Assembly (NCBI RefSeq): GCF_001194135.2 | Contig: NC_068984.1 | Location: 56,346,736 to 56,381,077 of the forward strand | DNA: 34,342 bases | Reading direction: 5' to 3' | DNA from: Octopus bimaculoides | Taxonomy: Eukaryota | Part shown: positions 22,987 through 34,315 of the stretch, in pieces | How positions within the stretch are numbered: position 1 is the first letter of the stretch | Layout: every line of letters begins with the position of its first letter | The notes under the pieces: generated by a model | The model's database searches: none | Told to the model about the DNA's origin: nothing | Seen by the model: the letters and a program-made list of their open reading frames with translations, nothing else | Made by a program: the position numbers and the translations under genes

Positions 22987-23343
22987 TCAGGGCCCTATTT
23001 TTCCAACACTGAATGACAAACAACACAAAACAATCTGTATAGTTATTAGATTAGGAGTATTTACCTTTTCATGTTTACGCTTATTCACTTTGACTGTCTT
23101 CGGTTTACTCTCCAATTGATTTTCATTAAATATTTTTGCTCTTGGTTTTGGACCCCAGTTTGGTTCAGGGTTTATTTGCCAGCGCAAGAGGCCTTGTTTA
23201 CGTGATGGTGGGTTGGCATCAGGATGGATTTCAAATGATACATCATGAGTTGTTTTCTTATCAAGAATAGCTTTAGCAACAGAACCTGGCTGTAACCTTT
23301 TTTCACTGACAGGATGTTCTTTTACCCATTCTCGCATTAAGTC
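22987..23343 (-). CDS. TRMT1: TRMT1 third coding exon (DLMREWVKEHPV...NPEPNWGPKPRAK...); 3' end uncertain
   Basis: The acceptor tcaatag|GAC is phase 0. The conserved C-terminal Trm1 motifs DxMRxW, HPDANPPSR and NPEPNWGPKPRAK are present. The ORF runs to a stop at 22987, but a plausible donor (AAG|gtaaat after 23065) could end the exon earlier. Confidence 0.9.
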   Translation of the reverse strand, partial: DLMREWVKEHPVSEKRLQPGSVAKAILDKKTTHDVSFEIHPDANPPSRKQGLLRWQINPEPNWGPKPRAKIFNENQLESKPKTVKVNKRKHEKVNTPNLITIQIVLCCLSFSVGKIGP

Positions 23344-24135
23344 CTATTGACGAAAACAAAACAAAAATCATTTCTAAAAGTCTATAATAGCATGTTTTAG
23401 ATTTCACAGTTAAAACTACAAAGTAAGCAAATAATAAAAGAGAAGTTTAAGAAAAATGACAAATATACAATATTTTTTCATATCATTCATTTGTATTACA
23501 TATTCATACCAATGTTGTCACCATTCTAATATGCAGTTGTCAACATTTTCTTAACTTACTTGTGCTCAGTATTTCCTTATAAGTTAAGACTGTACATTCA
23601 GCTTGTGCCTTTCCAACTGCTACAGACACTTCTGTATTCATAGTCAATGCATTTACTACCATACAGCTTGTTCCATATCTATCACTTTATGTACAAGTAT
23701 GCTGTGATTATCTCCTTTCGAAACCTGTAATCTAAGAAAGCTGTATGTATAGAGCAAGAGCTGCAACTTGTGCTCTATATCTTTCCCAGCTAACCTGAAC
23801 CCTGACGAAACTGATACGGCATTTGAGATTAGCTGTGCCATCACAATTCATGAGCAGATAACTTAGTGGCACCCATTTTTCTCTCCCAGTATGTTTGGCT
23901 GTTGGCTTCTCTAGGAGAGAGACATTTCCACCCTTTGACAGGTTGTGTTTTTAATTGTGCTGTGCCACACATACCTCCTTTCCCAATAAACTGGGAATGC
24001 AAAACGGAATAGTCACCAACCATCTCTACTATGATGATGTATAGTACAGGGTTGTGTAATACCAGTAGCAGGTAGAACTAGGCATGAGTCTAAGCATCTT
24101 CTAAGTAATAAAATATAATAAAATATAATACTTAC

Positions 24136-24226
24136 CCAAATGAATTCAGCAGGAGCATTTGTTTTATGGGAGTTTTTGACACAATGTGACATAGATACTT
24201 CATAACCAGCATTCAAAACAGCAGAT
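24136..24226 (-). CDS. TRMT1: TRMT1 second coding exon (SAVLNAGYEVSMSHCVKNSHKTNAPAEFIW)
   Basis: Acceptor ccacag|a and donor TGG|gtaag. The 91 nt (1+90) exactly completes the phase-2 junction and matches the conserved Trm1 segment 'SA.LNAGY.VS.SH....KT.AP...W'. Confidence 0.95.
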
Positions 24227-25473
24227 CTGTGGTTGACAATAAAATTTACTAAAAATCTGTTTCGTTAGAAGAAAACTTCAAATATACATATATTAATGGA
24301 GCTTGTGGTTTTATAGCTACTTATTTTCTTTACAACAAACCAAAGAAACAGCCACTGTTGACAGATAGTTAGATTCTGGAACTCTCTTTCTTCCCATATT
24401 CTTCCAACATTAACAAAATGAAACTGAACATTGTACACACCTACTGTAGTTATCTCAGTACAGTTATGACCTCAAATATAATACAACTCACAAGTTTTGT
24501 ACCTAAAAATCAATAACATATTTTATCCTCTTATTTTTTACACTCACACATAACACTATTCCCAAATGATGGCCCTAATGTTTTGTATCAAAGTTTTGGC
24601 ATTTTACATGAGTATGTACAATAGTTATAGTCCTACACCCAAATCTAAAAGTTTATGGGCGATCCTGCTCCTCTCCTTCAGACCAAATAATTAAAACAAA
24701 AAACTGAGGCAAGCGAACTGGCATAGCTTACTTAAAGGTAAGTCACTGATTATGTGATCAATATTCCAGATAACAGCCATGTTTAACATTCCATCCAAGT
24801 GAAGTAGAAGAATCCTAGGAAACTAGTAATGATCTTTTATTTTTTTATGCGCCCTTTCAAAGCCTAGCCAGGCTCATGGGCCCAGTTTCCCGGTTTCTAT
24901 GGCGTATGTGTATAACATACTCTACACATATAAACTTCTAAAACAGTGCACTACTGATTTATATTGATAATAAGAATACACTAATTTGAATACATTTTGT
25001 TAAAGACATTGACAGTTACACAGGTGTTGATCTGAACTTAAATAAACTATCACATCAGCAATGGCAACCTTATATACTTCTTTAATCTAACAACACATTT
25101 AAATGAATTTCTAATCTGAAAATATAAGTAAATGTCAGGACTATTCCTTTAGTCTTTTATACATGAATTTATCAAGAACAGTGTTTCCCCTTTGATTCCT
25201 ATTTTACTCAGATGGTCCCATATATTTATTTGATGCTTAAAATATCCGATTATAATTGTAGAATTAAATATTATAAGAAACTGCATTAAAATATTGTTAA
25301 ATTGTTTTGTGTATTATAAAGTGATAACCAATTATTGCACATAAATTTTATCAACAAAATCCTAATAATAACGATTCCTTAATATTCATTTGAATATGTA
25401 GTTATATATTGCTTATGGTTTCAACACCTACGATGGTAAATCTTGAGAAATTTCCAGCGAAACTTCAAATTAA

Positions 25474-25692
25474 CCCTTTCATTACCATATTTCTGCTAAA
25501 ATATACTCCCTTTGTTTCAATTAATTTTTTAAATAATTAAGAATTTAGTAAAATAATTTTGTCATTAAGTTGATGCTTGAATCTTAAATTAGAATGAAAT
25601 TTTGATGGAAGATTTTAATTTAGATCACTTTAAAACAGGATGTTTGTATCCTAGAACTAGGGGCAGTCTCAGGCAGGTTGGTAACAAAAGGG
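25474..25692. mobile_element. piggyBac-type MITE in a TRMT1 intron
   Basis: TTAA|CCCTTTCATTACCA ... TGGTAACAAAAGGG|TTAA: a TTAA target duplication and ~14-bp TIRs starting with CCC. Confidence 0.85.
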
Positions 25693-25775
25693 TTAAAAAA
25701 CTTACTCTTTAATTATATTATTTAGATTTTAACGTTGAAGTAATTAAAAATATATGAAAAAGACTTAAAACTCAC

Positions 25776-27217
25776 CTAAACTGCATGAGACTGGGAGCAA
25801 CACAGTGTAATTTATCACATAAACCATCTCCAACATAATACAGTGGAACATCAGACAGTTCTTCACATGCAACTGAAAGCATTCCCATAATTCGTTCTTT
25901 AGTATTTACATGATAGTTGTTTGCTTCAACTGCAGAGAGAACTTGTTTTAGGAAGTCTTTATTATGTATTGACTCAGCCCAAATAGGACCGCCAACATTA
26001 TGCTTATGTCCACAATGCAAACAAGTCTGCCCAACAGGTGGGCCTTGTGCAGGAGTGTATTTGAAGTTGTTACCTTTCGTGGGTATTTTCTCACCTAATC
26101 GCTGAAGACTAAATGTTCCACAGCCAACACAATGGTAAACCATAGCCAATTTACTTACCGACTGCTTCACTTTTCCCTGGCCCTTAAAAACTCGCACAAA
26201 AACACGTACATAAAAATCGGCACTAATGGAAACAAGTGGTTCAATATAGCGAGAATAACAATTAGCATGTGTCTCAATAGCCTGAAGTATAATCCGCAGA
26301 GCCATCTCATGGCAATACTCACTACGTAGAGACATTGCTCGGTACTTTGAGAAACAGGTCTCACCAGCATTCCCACATAAAACAGCTGTATCAGTACAGG
26401 TCACACATAAAAGGCCACCTGCAGATACAGCTTGTACTGCACCATCTAAAAATCGTGCAGGGCTACCATATGGATCAAGATCAATAACATCAAAGCCTTG
26501 CTTATATTCACGGTTTTCATACATAAACATTGATGCATCTCCACAATTGGCTTTCATAAGGTTACTAACACCATTCTTCTCAATGTTCATTTTTATAAAG
26601 TCAACTGCATTCTCATCAAAATCGTTTGCAATGATTTCCTTCACACCTGGAACTTCAAGGCTAAATCGAACAGATCGCAACCCAGAAGCAGCAAGTCCTT
26701 CTAAAATACGCACCCCATTAGCATAGACTTTTCCAGCTTCAAGAGGTTGTTCCACTTTTTGAGTTTCTTCCTTAGCAATAACATTATCACTGTCGCAACA
26801 AACAGGTGGTTTTATCTGTTTTGTGGATGTAGATAAGCTTTCATTAATTAGAATACTTTTATCATGAACTATATCATTCTTGTTACAATTGTTGCTGTCA
26901 CTGTTCTCTTCCAATGCTGCAATCCGCTTCAAGTGCAAAGGGTCATTGATGAAATTTTTGGTAAATTCCGAAATAATAACAACAGTTAAATCTCGATTAA
27001 ATTCTTGCACTGGATTGTAGAACACAGATTTGGGTAAATAAACTTCAGCTTTGCCTTCCTGTATAGTGCAAACATCTTGCACAGGAAGTTTGGAAACATC
27101 TGCAGTTTGTATATGTTCAGTACTATCACACATTTTGTGCTTTTGGCATACAAGAAGGAAGTTTCTAAAAGAAGATTGTCTTTCGTTTAAGCACTGTAAT
27201 ATTCTCCTGAAATACAT
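25776..27217 (-). CDS. TRMT1: TRMT1 first coding exon (tRNA guanine26-N2-dimethyltransferase: N-terminus and nearly all of the catalytic domain)
   Basis: The 481-aa ORF has hallmark Trm1 motifs: VFYNPVQEFNRDL, ILEGLAASGLRSVRF, IANDFD, DVIDLDPYGSP, GGLLCVTCTD, HEMALRI, IEPLVSISADFYVRVFVRV, the Cys4 zinc site YHCVGC...CLHCGH, and GGPIW. The acceptor ttttctcttttgcag is at 27240-27226, an in-frame TAA lies directly before ATG 27217, and the donor AG|gtgag follows 25776 (phase 2). Confidence 0.97.
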
Positions 27218-27424
27218 TTACCTATCTGCAAAAGAGAAAAAAAATTTTTTTTGATATTAATTATTATTTTTAACAAAATAGAAAGTTAAAAATAAAGAAG
27301 CAACAAAGCAAGTTTATACTGAATGTCCAGTACATTGCTGATGTCGCCTAGCCCTAGGTTGGCTCCGACTGAGCAAATCTATGATCAAAGGTGTTTCAGC
27401 TATAACCATTCCTTGTTTCTTTGA

Positions 27425-27600
27425 TCATCATCATCATCGTTTAACGTCCGCTTTCCATGCTAGCATGGGTTGGACGATTTGACTGAGGACTGGTGAAACC
27501 AGATGGCTACACCAGGCGCCAATCACTCCGAGAGTGTAGTGGGCGCTTTTATGTGCCACTGGCACAAAGGCCAGTCAGGCGGTACTGGCAACGGCCACGC
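27425..27600 (-). mobile_element. Family-A SINE with an internal deletion, in the TRMT1 5'-UTR intron
   Basis: Reverse-complement family-A tail; the body jumps from cctggtgtagcc to the gagtgattgg segment. Confidence 0.85.
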
Positions 27601-28119
27601 TGTAGTGCATTTAAATTCAATGCATCCTCTTTTTTTCCTCTTAGAAGGTAAAGTATGGCTTGAGGGAAATTTGGCTGCTATTTCTAACAGGTTGTGTAAC
27701 CACATGGAGGCTCTTTTATGCACAGTACTTTATTACATGATAGAACAATTGTAGTTAAGCTTACAGTCTGGTTTTATGAGAGAACCATTGAGTTAAATAA
27801 ATACTTTAAATGGAGCTGTCAAGAGCAGAGATGTTTCAGGAGTATTTATCAGATAAAATATAACAAAACAACACATAATGAGGAGACATAATTGGAGGAC
27901 ATAACAGATTTAAGGTTAAAAAATCTACCCAGCTATTGGGTATATTGTAACAACTTCTCAGTGCCAAGCTCATACTTAATAACTATAGAAAAATCATTGT
28001 ACAAAACCTCTTCATTCATATTATATGCGAGTTAGAGACTTGCAACCAGCTTGTTTGTACAAGTGAGTGCTGTCAATCAAAAGGCCAGCATACTGGATAC
28101 TAGTAGATTTCAGGGGTCA

Positions 28120-28241
28120 CTCTGCCAAATTAGATTGGAGCCTGGTGTTGCCATCCGGTTTCACCAGTCCTCAGTCAAATCGTCCAACCCATGCTAGCAT
28201 GGAAGGCGGACGTTAAACGATGATGATGATGATGATGATGA
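28120..28241 (+). mobile_element. Family-A SINE, 5'-truncated young copy
   Basis: One mismatch to 14146-14259 over the shared body; longer (GAT)n tail. Confidence 0.9.
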
Positions 28242-29150
28242 CTGTTTCAGAGTCTTCCCCCATCCCCACCTCACTGATGTGAGGTCCCTGCCTACTAAAT
28301 CAACTGACAAGCATTCAATTCTAACTCCATCCTCTCAGGATCATCAGCACCATTCAAACTGGAGAGTTATGTAGGACAGACTCAAATTTTTAGTTCCAAA
28401 ATCCAAGTGAAAATGTCACATTTTATTTTTTATTCAGTATGGAATCAGCTATCAGTCAATGCAAGTCACTTTAAAAATGATTATATAAAAAAATCAGTAA
28501 TGTGACAAACAATACTTAGTTTGCATGAAACCACAGCAGACAACTACTTTGATTTACTGGGTCTTCCCATGCCATATTTGGATAACCTTGTTACAAACTA
28601 TGAAGTTCATAACATAACCATTGTTTTTCTTGTGCCATCTCTTTCTCTTATTATCGCTCTATACTCATCTAACACTTTCTTCTGAAACATATGTATATTG
28701 AGTTCTATGCCAGGTTATTAGTTTCGTAATGCCTAAGCAAAATATATATATATGTCTTTATTTTATCATTTTTTTCACAGACCATTCATATTTTTGTCTC
28801 AGTTTTTTTTGCAGTTAGTTTGGAACAATAACATTCCTAAATTTACTATATTCAATATTTCCAGACTTTCAGTTTCATTTTCCAGAATTGAAGTTGGTGT
28901 TAGGAAGGGTATCCAGCCATAAAAACCATGCCAAAAACAGACAGCTTCTTATAACTGATTGAATTTTTGTAGGCTTTTCCTCCAAAAATTGTTTGACTGT
29001 CAGGTTTTTATGTCAGTAACCATATGTTAATTTTTTGAAGTTGTGTTGTTTGCATGTTTATTTTGGTGTTTGTTGTGATATGAAAATGGCTTTCATGATT
29101 AAGTCTTCCTTTCTTTCTTACATACATACATACATACGTATGTACGCAGG

Positions 29151-29494
29151 TACGAAGGAGACCCCCTTCAGTCATGAAAGACCATGGGATTGCACCTAGA
29201 AAGTTACCCTCCGAGGCACAAGTCAGGGCAAGATTGTTTGTGGAAGGCTAGCAATTGCCCATGCATACCAGCCTCCCCTCTCTACACCATTGATTTTATC
29301 CAAGGGAAAGGCAAAGGGGCCGATACAGCTTGGCACCAGTGATGTCGCAACTCATTTCTACAGCTGAGTTAACTGGAGCAACATGAAATAAAGTGTCTTG
29401 CTCAAGAACACAACACGCAGCCCGGTCCAGGAATCAAACTCACAACCTCACGATCGTAAGCTTGACGCTCTAACCACTGAGCCATGCGCCTTCA
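29151..29494 (-). mobile_element. tRNA-derived SINE (family D)
   Basis: The minus strand starts tgaaggcgcatggctcagtggttagagcg (A box) ... gagtttgattcctgg (B box), followed by a non-tRNA body. Confidence 0.85.
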
Positions 29495-30409
29495 CATATA
29501 TATATATATATATACATGTACACACATATGTATATGTGTATTTTTACATGTATATCATCATAATCATAATCATTTAATGTCCACTTTTTCATGCATGCAT
29601 GGGTCTTTCAGAATTTGTTGAAGCAAAGGTTCATCTTGTCACCAACCCTCATACGTTTCTAAGCGAGGCAATATTTCCCCAAGGCCACACAAGTTTGTCA
29701 TGGAAATGAACAACATCAGTTGAACGACAGTGATGCTCATTTACAATCATCACATAATATCAAGTCAAAGATATACACACACACATATATGACAGGCTTC
29801 TTTAAGTTTCCATCTACCAAATTCACTCACAAGGCTTTGGTTAGCCTGGATCTTGAGTGGAAGATGTTTACCCCAATGCCACAGTGGAACTGAACTTAAA
29901 AATCACATGATTAGTAAGCAAATTTTTTAACTACACAGCTGTGTGTGTGTGTGTGTGTGAGCGCGTACATGCGTTTGTGAATGTTTGTATTCTGTGCTTC
30001 TTAAAGGATTACTGAGCTGCAGAGAGTGAGCTTTGTTGATATTTCCTCAGTGATGTTTTCATTTGGCACATGCTAATATACGATGAATGAATACATACAC
30101 ACACACACTCACAGTGCTAACTCTCTTGATAACAATCTACCTCTGACTGCATTTGATGTTCATACAAAACGTCTTATTTTAAACTGTTTCTTTTTAAATT
30201 AAAACCTATGATCATTTATATAAGGCCCTTTCATGCATCAAACACCAACTTTATTTTACTAAATCCTTTTCAAAAGTTTGAACATTTTCAAAATTTATTG
30301 AAACACATATTTATTTATTGTATTTCATAAGATATATGGTTGAAAAAAAGGCAAGACTTCCTTTTGTACCCCACCAAAACCCACTTAAAAATTTTTTTTT
30401 TTTTGATAC

Positions 30410-30965
30410 AAACGCCCGTTTTCGGCTACAGAGAATACAAATCTGCAAAACAAATCGGCATTTTGAAATTACCCTCCCCCACTAAATTCTTCATTTTACA
30501 CTTATTTCAGAAATTTTTTTTTTNNNNNNNNNNNNNNNNNNNNNNNNNNNNNNNNNNNNNNNNNNNNNNNNNNNNNNNNNNNNNNNNNNNNNNNNNNNNN
30601 NNNNNNNNNNNNNNNNNNNNNNNNNNNNNNNNNNNNNNNNNNNNNNNNNNNNNNNNNNNNNNNNNNNNNNNNNNNNNNNNNNNNNNNNNNNNNNNNNNNN
30701 NNNNNNNNNNNNNNNNNNNNNNNNNNNNNNNNNNNNNNNNNNNNNNNNNNNNNNNNNNNNNNNNNNNNNNNNNNNCAGATTATGATTCTGAAAAAAATTT
30801 CCAAAAATTTTTGTAGCTAGGGTTAGGGTTTGCCGACTTTTGGCAATTCCCGGAATCTCCATATCCGAAAAGGTGGTTGGGGTAAGGGAGAGGGGGAAGA
30901 AATTTCAAAATGCCGATTTGGGACAATTTTCCGGAACCTCTGTATCCGAAAACGGGGGTTTTTGG
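30410..30965. repeat. Inverted-repeat element spanning the assembly gap
   Basis: 30410-30480 (ccgttttcggctacagag...caaatcggcattttgaaatt) matches the reverse complement of about 30895-30965. TAGGGTTAGGGTT is at about 30817-30829. Confidence 0.65.
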
Positions 30966-31046
30966 CAAAAAAGAAAAAGAAAAATTGGGGTAGTAAATGG
31001 AGTGGGGGGATGAAGTCTTTCCAAATGTTACATAATTTCCTATATA

Positions 31047-31440
31047 GGTGCAGGTGTGGCTGTGTGGTAAGAAGCTTGCTTCCCAACTACATGGTCCAGG
31101 GTTCAGTCTTACTGCGTGACACCTTAGACAAATGTCTTCTACTATAGCTTCAAGCTGACCAAAGCCTTCTAAGTGGATTTGGTAGATGGAAACTGAAAGA
31201 AGCCCATCGTATACATATATGTGTGTGTGTATCTAGGTGCGTGTATGTCTTTGTCCTCCCATCACCACTTGACAACCGGTGCTGGTGTGTTTACGTCCCT
31301 GTAATTCAGCAGTTCGGCAAAAGAATGGATAGAACAAGTACAAGGCTTAAAAAATAAGTCCTGGTGGTTGATTTGTTTGACTAAAACCTTTCAAGGCGGT
31401 GCTCCAGCATGGCTGCAGTCAAATGAGTGAAACAAGTAAT
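31047..31440 (+). mobile_element. tRNA-derived SINE (family C) with an internal (TG)n tract
   Basis: Head ggtgtggctgtgtggtaagaagc...gggttcagtc. Partial copies lie at about 3470-3620, 4870-5095, 11160-11230, 15115-15260 and 29790-29935. Confidence 0.85.
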
Positions 31441-33589
31441 TGAAAAGAATAAAAAACAGAACGCTTTCAATTTCTATCCGGAAACAAGGGACATAACTAA
31501 GTTATACTATCAATCAATCTCTCCCGATAGTTGTATTCAACACCCACAGATATCAAGAAAACATACTTACACCTCGTCACTTTTAAATAAAAGTAACACG
31601 CAACTCGAGCTTATGAGATCGCTCTTTAGGCCTGACTATCGTAGAAGATCCCTCTCATAACGAATGGGTATCTTAACATTGCAAGGGATGAATTGAAGAT
31701 TTTTTTTCTTCTGTTCAGTTAGGAAATACCTGAACTTCCAACTTATAAAACTTTTACTCAAACGAGAGATGCACATACAGGTAAAGTGAAACCAAGGACT
31801 TCATAGTCGGTGGGTAAGTTCGCAAGATCGTGAAAGGAAAGTGAGAGATTCAGGCCGGTGCGGCCGCTGCACAGAGATGTCCTAGACCCGCACCTAGTAC
31901 AAGGTTATGCGACTGATTGGCCTAAAGTTACTCACAGACAATCTCCACTCAAATTACCAACAAGTGTGCTATCTCCCCTTTCTGCCTTTTTTTTCTTTTT
32001 TAAGGCCCCTACTCCTCGAAGCTCTTACAGGGCACTTCCGACTCACTCATCTCCACTCTTCTCATCACCTATGTTGTATCAACATCTTCCACCTCAGACA
32101 CCACACTTACCAGTATCGTTCCTTTAGAGAATAACGACCTCCTGAAATTCTCCTCCTTATGTCTTTCTTGCAGCCGTTAAACGTTAACGGTATCAATTTC
32201 ACCGGTCTCAGAAGATATGTGAAGGCCACGGGCACTACTTCTTTCACCAGACCTTACATGTAAAACACAAAAACAAAAATATAAAACAGGAATCTAATCT
32301 AACTTTCTGAGTGCACACATCTATTTTGTGGTATTCATTCGTCACGTAGAAAGTATTAACTACATGACGAAAAATTTATAGAGGAAAGGAATGACATTGC
32401 TTGAAATCTCTAAAGGATTTAGCAGCATTTATGAAAAGTGTAGTGAAGCCCCACTTTACATTTAGTTAAAACAGAATTATATACAGTTATATGATTATAA
32501 ATACAGTGTTTTTCGAGTAAGCAAGAACATATTTGAGCTTTCTTACATGATTCATTGTAGATATTAACATCAATCACAGCAGACTTCGTAAACTGTTAAA
32601 TTGTACACACGTGTGGGACGGACACGCACCAAAAAAAGTTCTCTGGTATAATTTTTCCGTGAACCAAAATCATTTTCTATAATTACAAATATTAATAGGT
32701 AACAATACTCAAAGTAATAAACAAATATTAATCTGTGTATTTTACATTCATGGCTAATTTTGCAAGATTTTCCATAAATACAAATATTATATTAAATTTA
32801 ATTAGTAAACATTACTCATAGCTTTTAAGATAGTAAAAATGTTTATCACCGCTTTACAAAGCTCGAGCATGTGTCCCGAAATAATTTTTATATTAAGTGG
32901 GAAAAGGAAATCGGGAAAGGACTATGTCGCTAGCTTGATGGTTCAGAAGTAAGTCTTTAATAAATTATGTTATTGATCTAATAGCAAAATATATGTTGAG
33001 CAATATGTATATCAATCAGCCAACATAGGGTTTTGATATGCTAACAGCGACTTTAATTCAAATGATTTTCGAGGAATGGGATATTTTCTTTATGATGTTT
33101 ATTGCTTGGCATGCTTTTCTTTCTGAGAGTTACGGCATAAGTAGGTATAACAGAAACGAAATGAAGTATGTCACCCCAGAGACACAGACATCAGCTAAAA
33201 TATTGCAATTTCATAAATGTACTACATAGTTTTTTTTTGTTTTGTTTTTTTTCATTTTGTCAAGTGTTGAGCTTACAAGTTAAGAACCAACCCTTGCATT
33301 AGACGTTTATTATTCTAAACAGATGTTTGTTTTGATTTTGTTTTAGAGGAGGCGAAGCTCTAGCAGAGGTCTAGCATACGTTCACAAAGCTATTTTTATC
33401 ACTCAAATCCGTCTGCAAAAATGAAAATTCGCGACAAAAATACTGAGTCCTAGTTACCATATCGCCTGTGATATGACACAGATTTATGAGGAGGGAAGTG
33501 ACTATTTCTTCAAGGAGTGAATCAATTCCTCTGAGAGTTTATATACTTGTTGAAGGCAATCGAGTAATTTAGACTTGTATTGATATCTA

Positions 33590-33770
33590 ATATTGGCACA
33601 AGGCTAGCAATCTTAGGGGAGGGGTTAAGTTGATTACATCGTCCTCAACTGGTGCATTATTTTATCGACCCAGAAAGGATGAGAAGCTAAATAGATCACG
33701 GTGGAATTTGAACTCAGATCCTAAACATTTTTGCCTGGCGTGCTAATGTTTCTGACAGCTTGATAATGAT
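33590..33770 (-). mobile_element. Family-B SINE, diverged
   Basis: Reverse-complement similarity to 12059-12277 with an internal deletion. Confidence 0.7.
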
Positions 33771-34079
33771 ATCTAATATTGGTACTAAATCACAAAATTC
33801 TTGGTATACATGCTTGGTATTTGGTAATTCAATCCATGAAGGGATGAAGGGCAAATTTAATGAGGTATGACAGAATTAACAAAACTGGTCTGGAATTAAA
33901 TACTGTCAATTATTTATTTCGAAACTCTGTTGAACCACTCCACTGCTCTTTAACTTGATAAATATATCTAATGAACATTAAATTTGAATCACTTTTCTTA
34001 TGTTGAAAAATCCAATAAGAAACAATTGACATTTGTACTATGTTTGTCTACCCATTCAAAATTACTGTAAAATAAATAT

Positions 34080-34315
34080 CGTTTTAATGTTCACCTTTCT
34101 ATGTTCACATGGGTGAGATGGAAGTTTTGTTGAGGCAGATTTTCTAGAGCCAGATATCCTTCTTGCTACAAACACTGACCTACTGGTAAGGTAATACTTC
34201 CCCATAACCATACATGTTTTCACAGAAGATTGAGAACGATGGACACCACTTGCATGACAGTGACATTTGTTTACATCTCTCATGAAATGTCAGGGCATGG
34301 AGACACACACAGACA
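34080..34315. repeat. Interspersed repeat also seen at about 29570-29790
   Basis: Shared ttaatgt.cac.ttt.catg...ggtaata.ttcccc...catgttttc...tgacagtgac...tttaca segments. Confidence 0.65.

Noticed and set aside
23344-25775. Intronic snoRNAs in TRMT1
   Set aside because: No sense-strand C/D box pair was found by eye. H/ACA RNAs cannot be excluded without an Infernal/Rfam search.
26700-26950. A ~70-aa low-complexity insert in TRMT1 as a novel domain
   Set aside because: Eukaryotic TRMT1 proteins have a variable, poorly conserved insert at this position before the LEGLAASGLRS motif.
30817-30829. Telomere or telomere-fusion site
   Set aside because: There are only two TTAGGG-like units, embedded in an interspersed repeat.
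33038-33229. 63-aa ORF with a hydrophobic start as a secreted peptide
   Set aside because: There is no supporting splice structure or recognisable motif, and the length is within random expectation.
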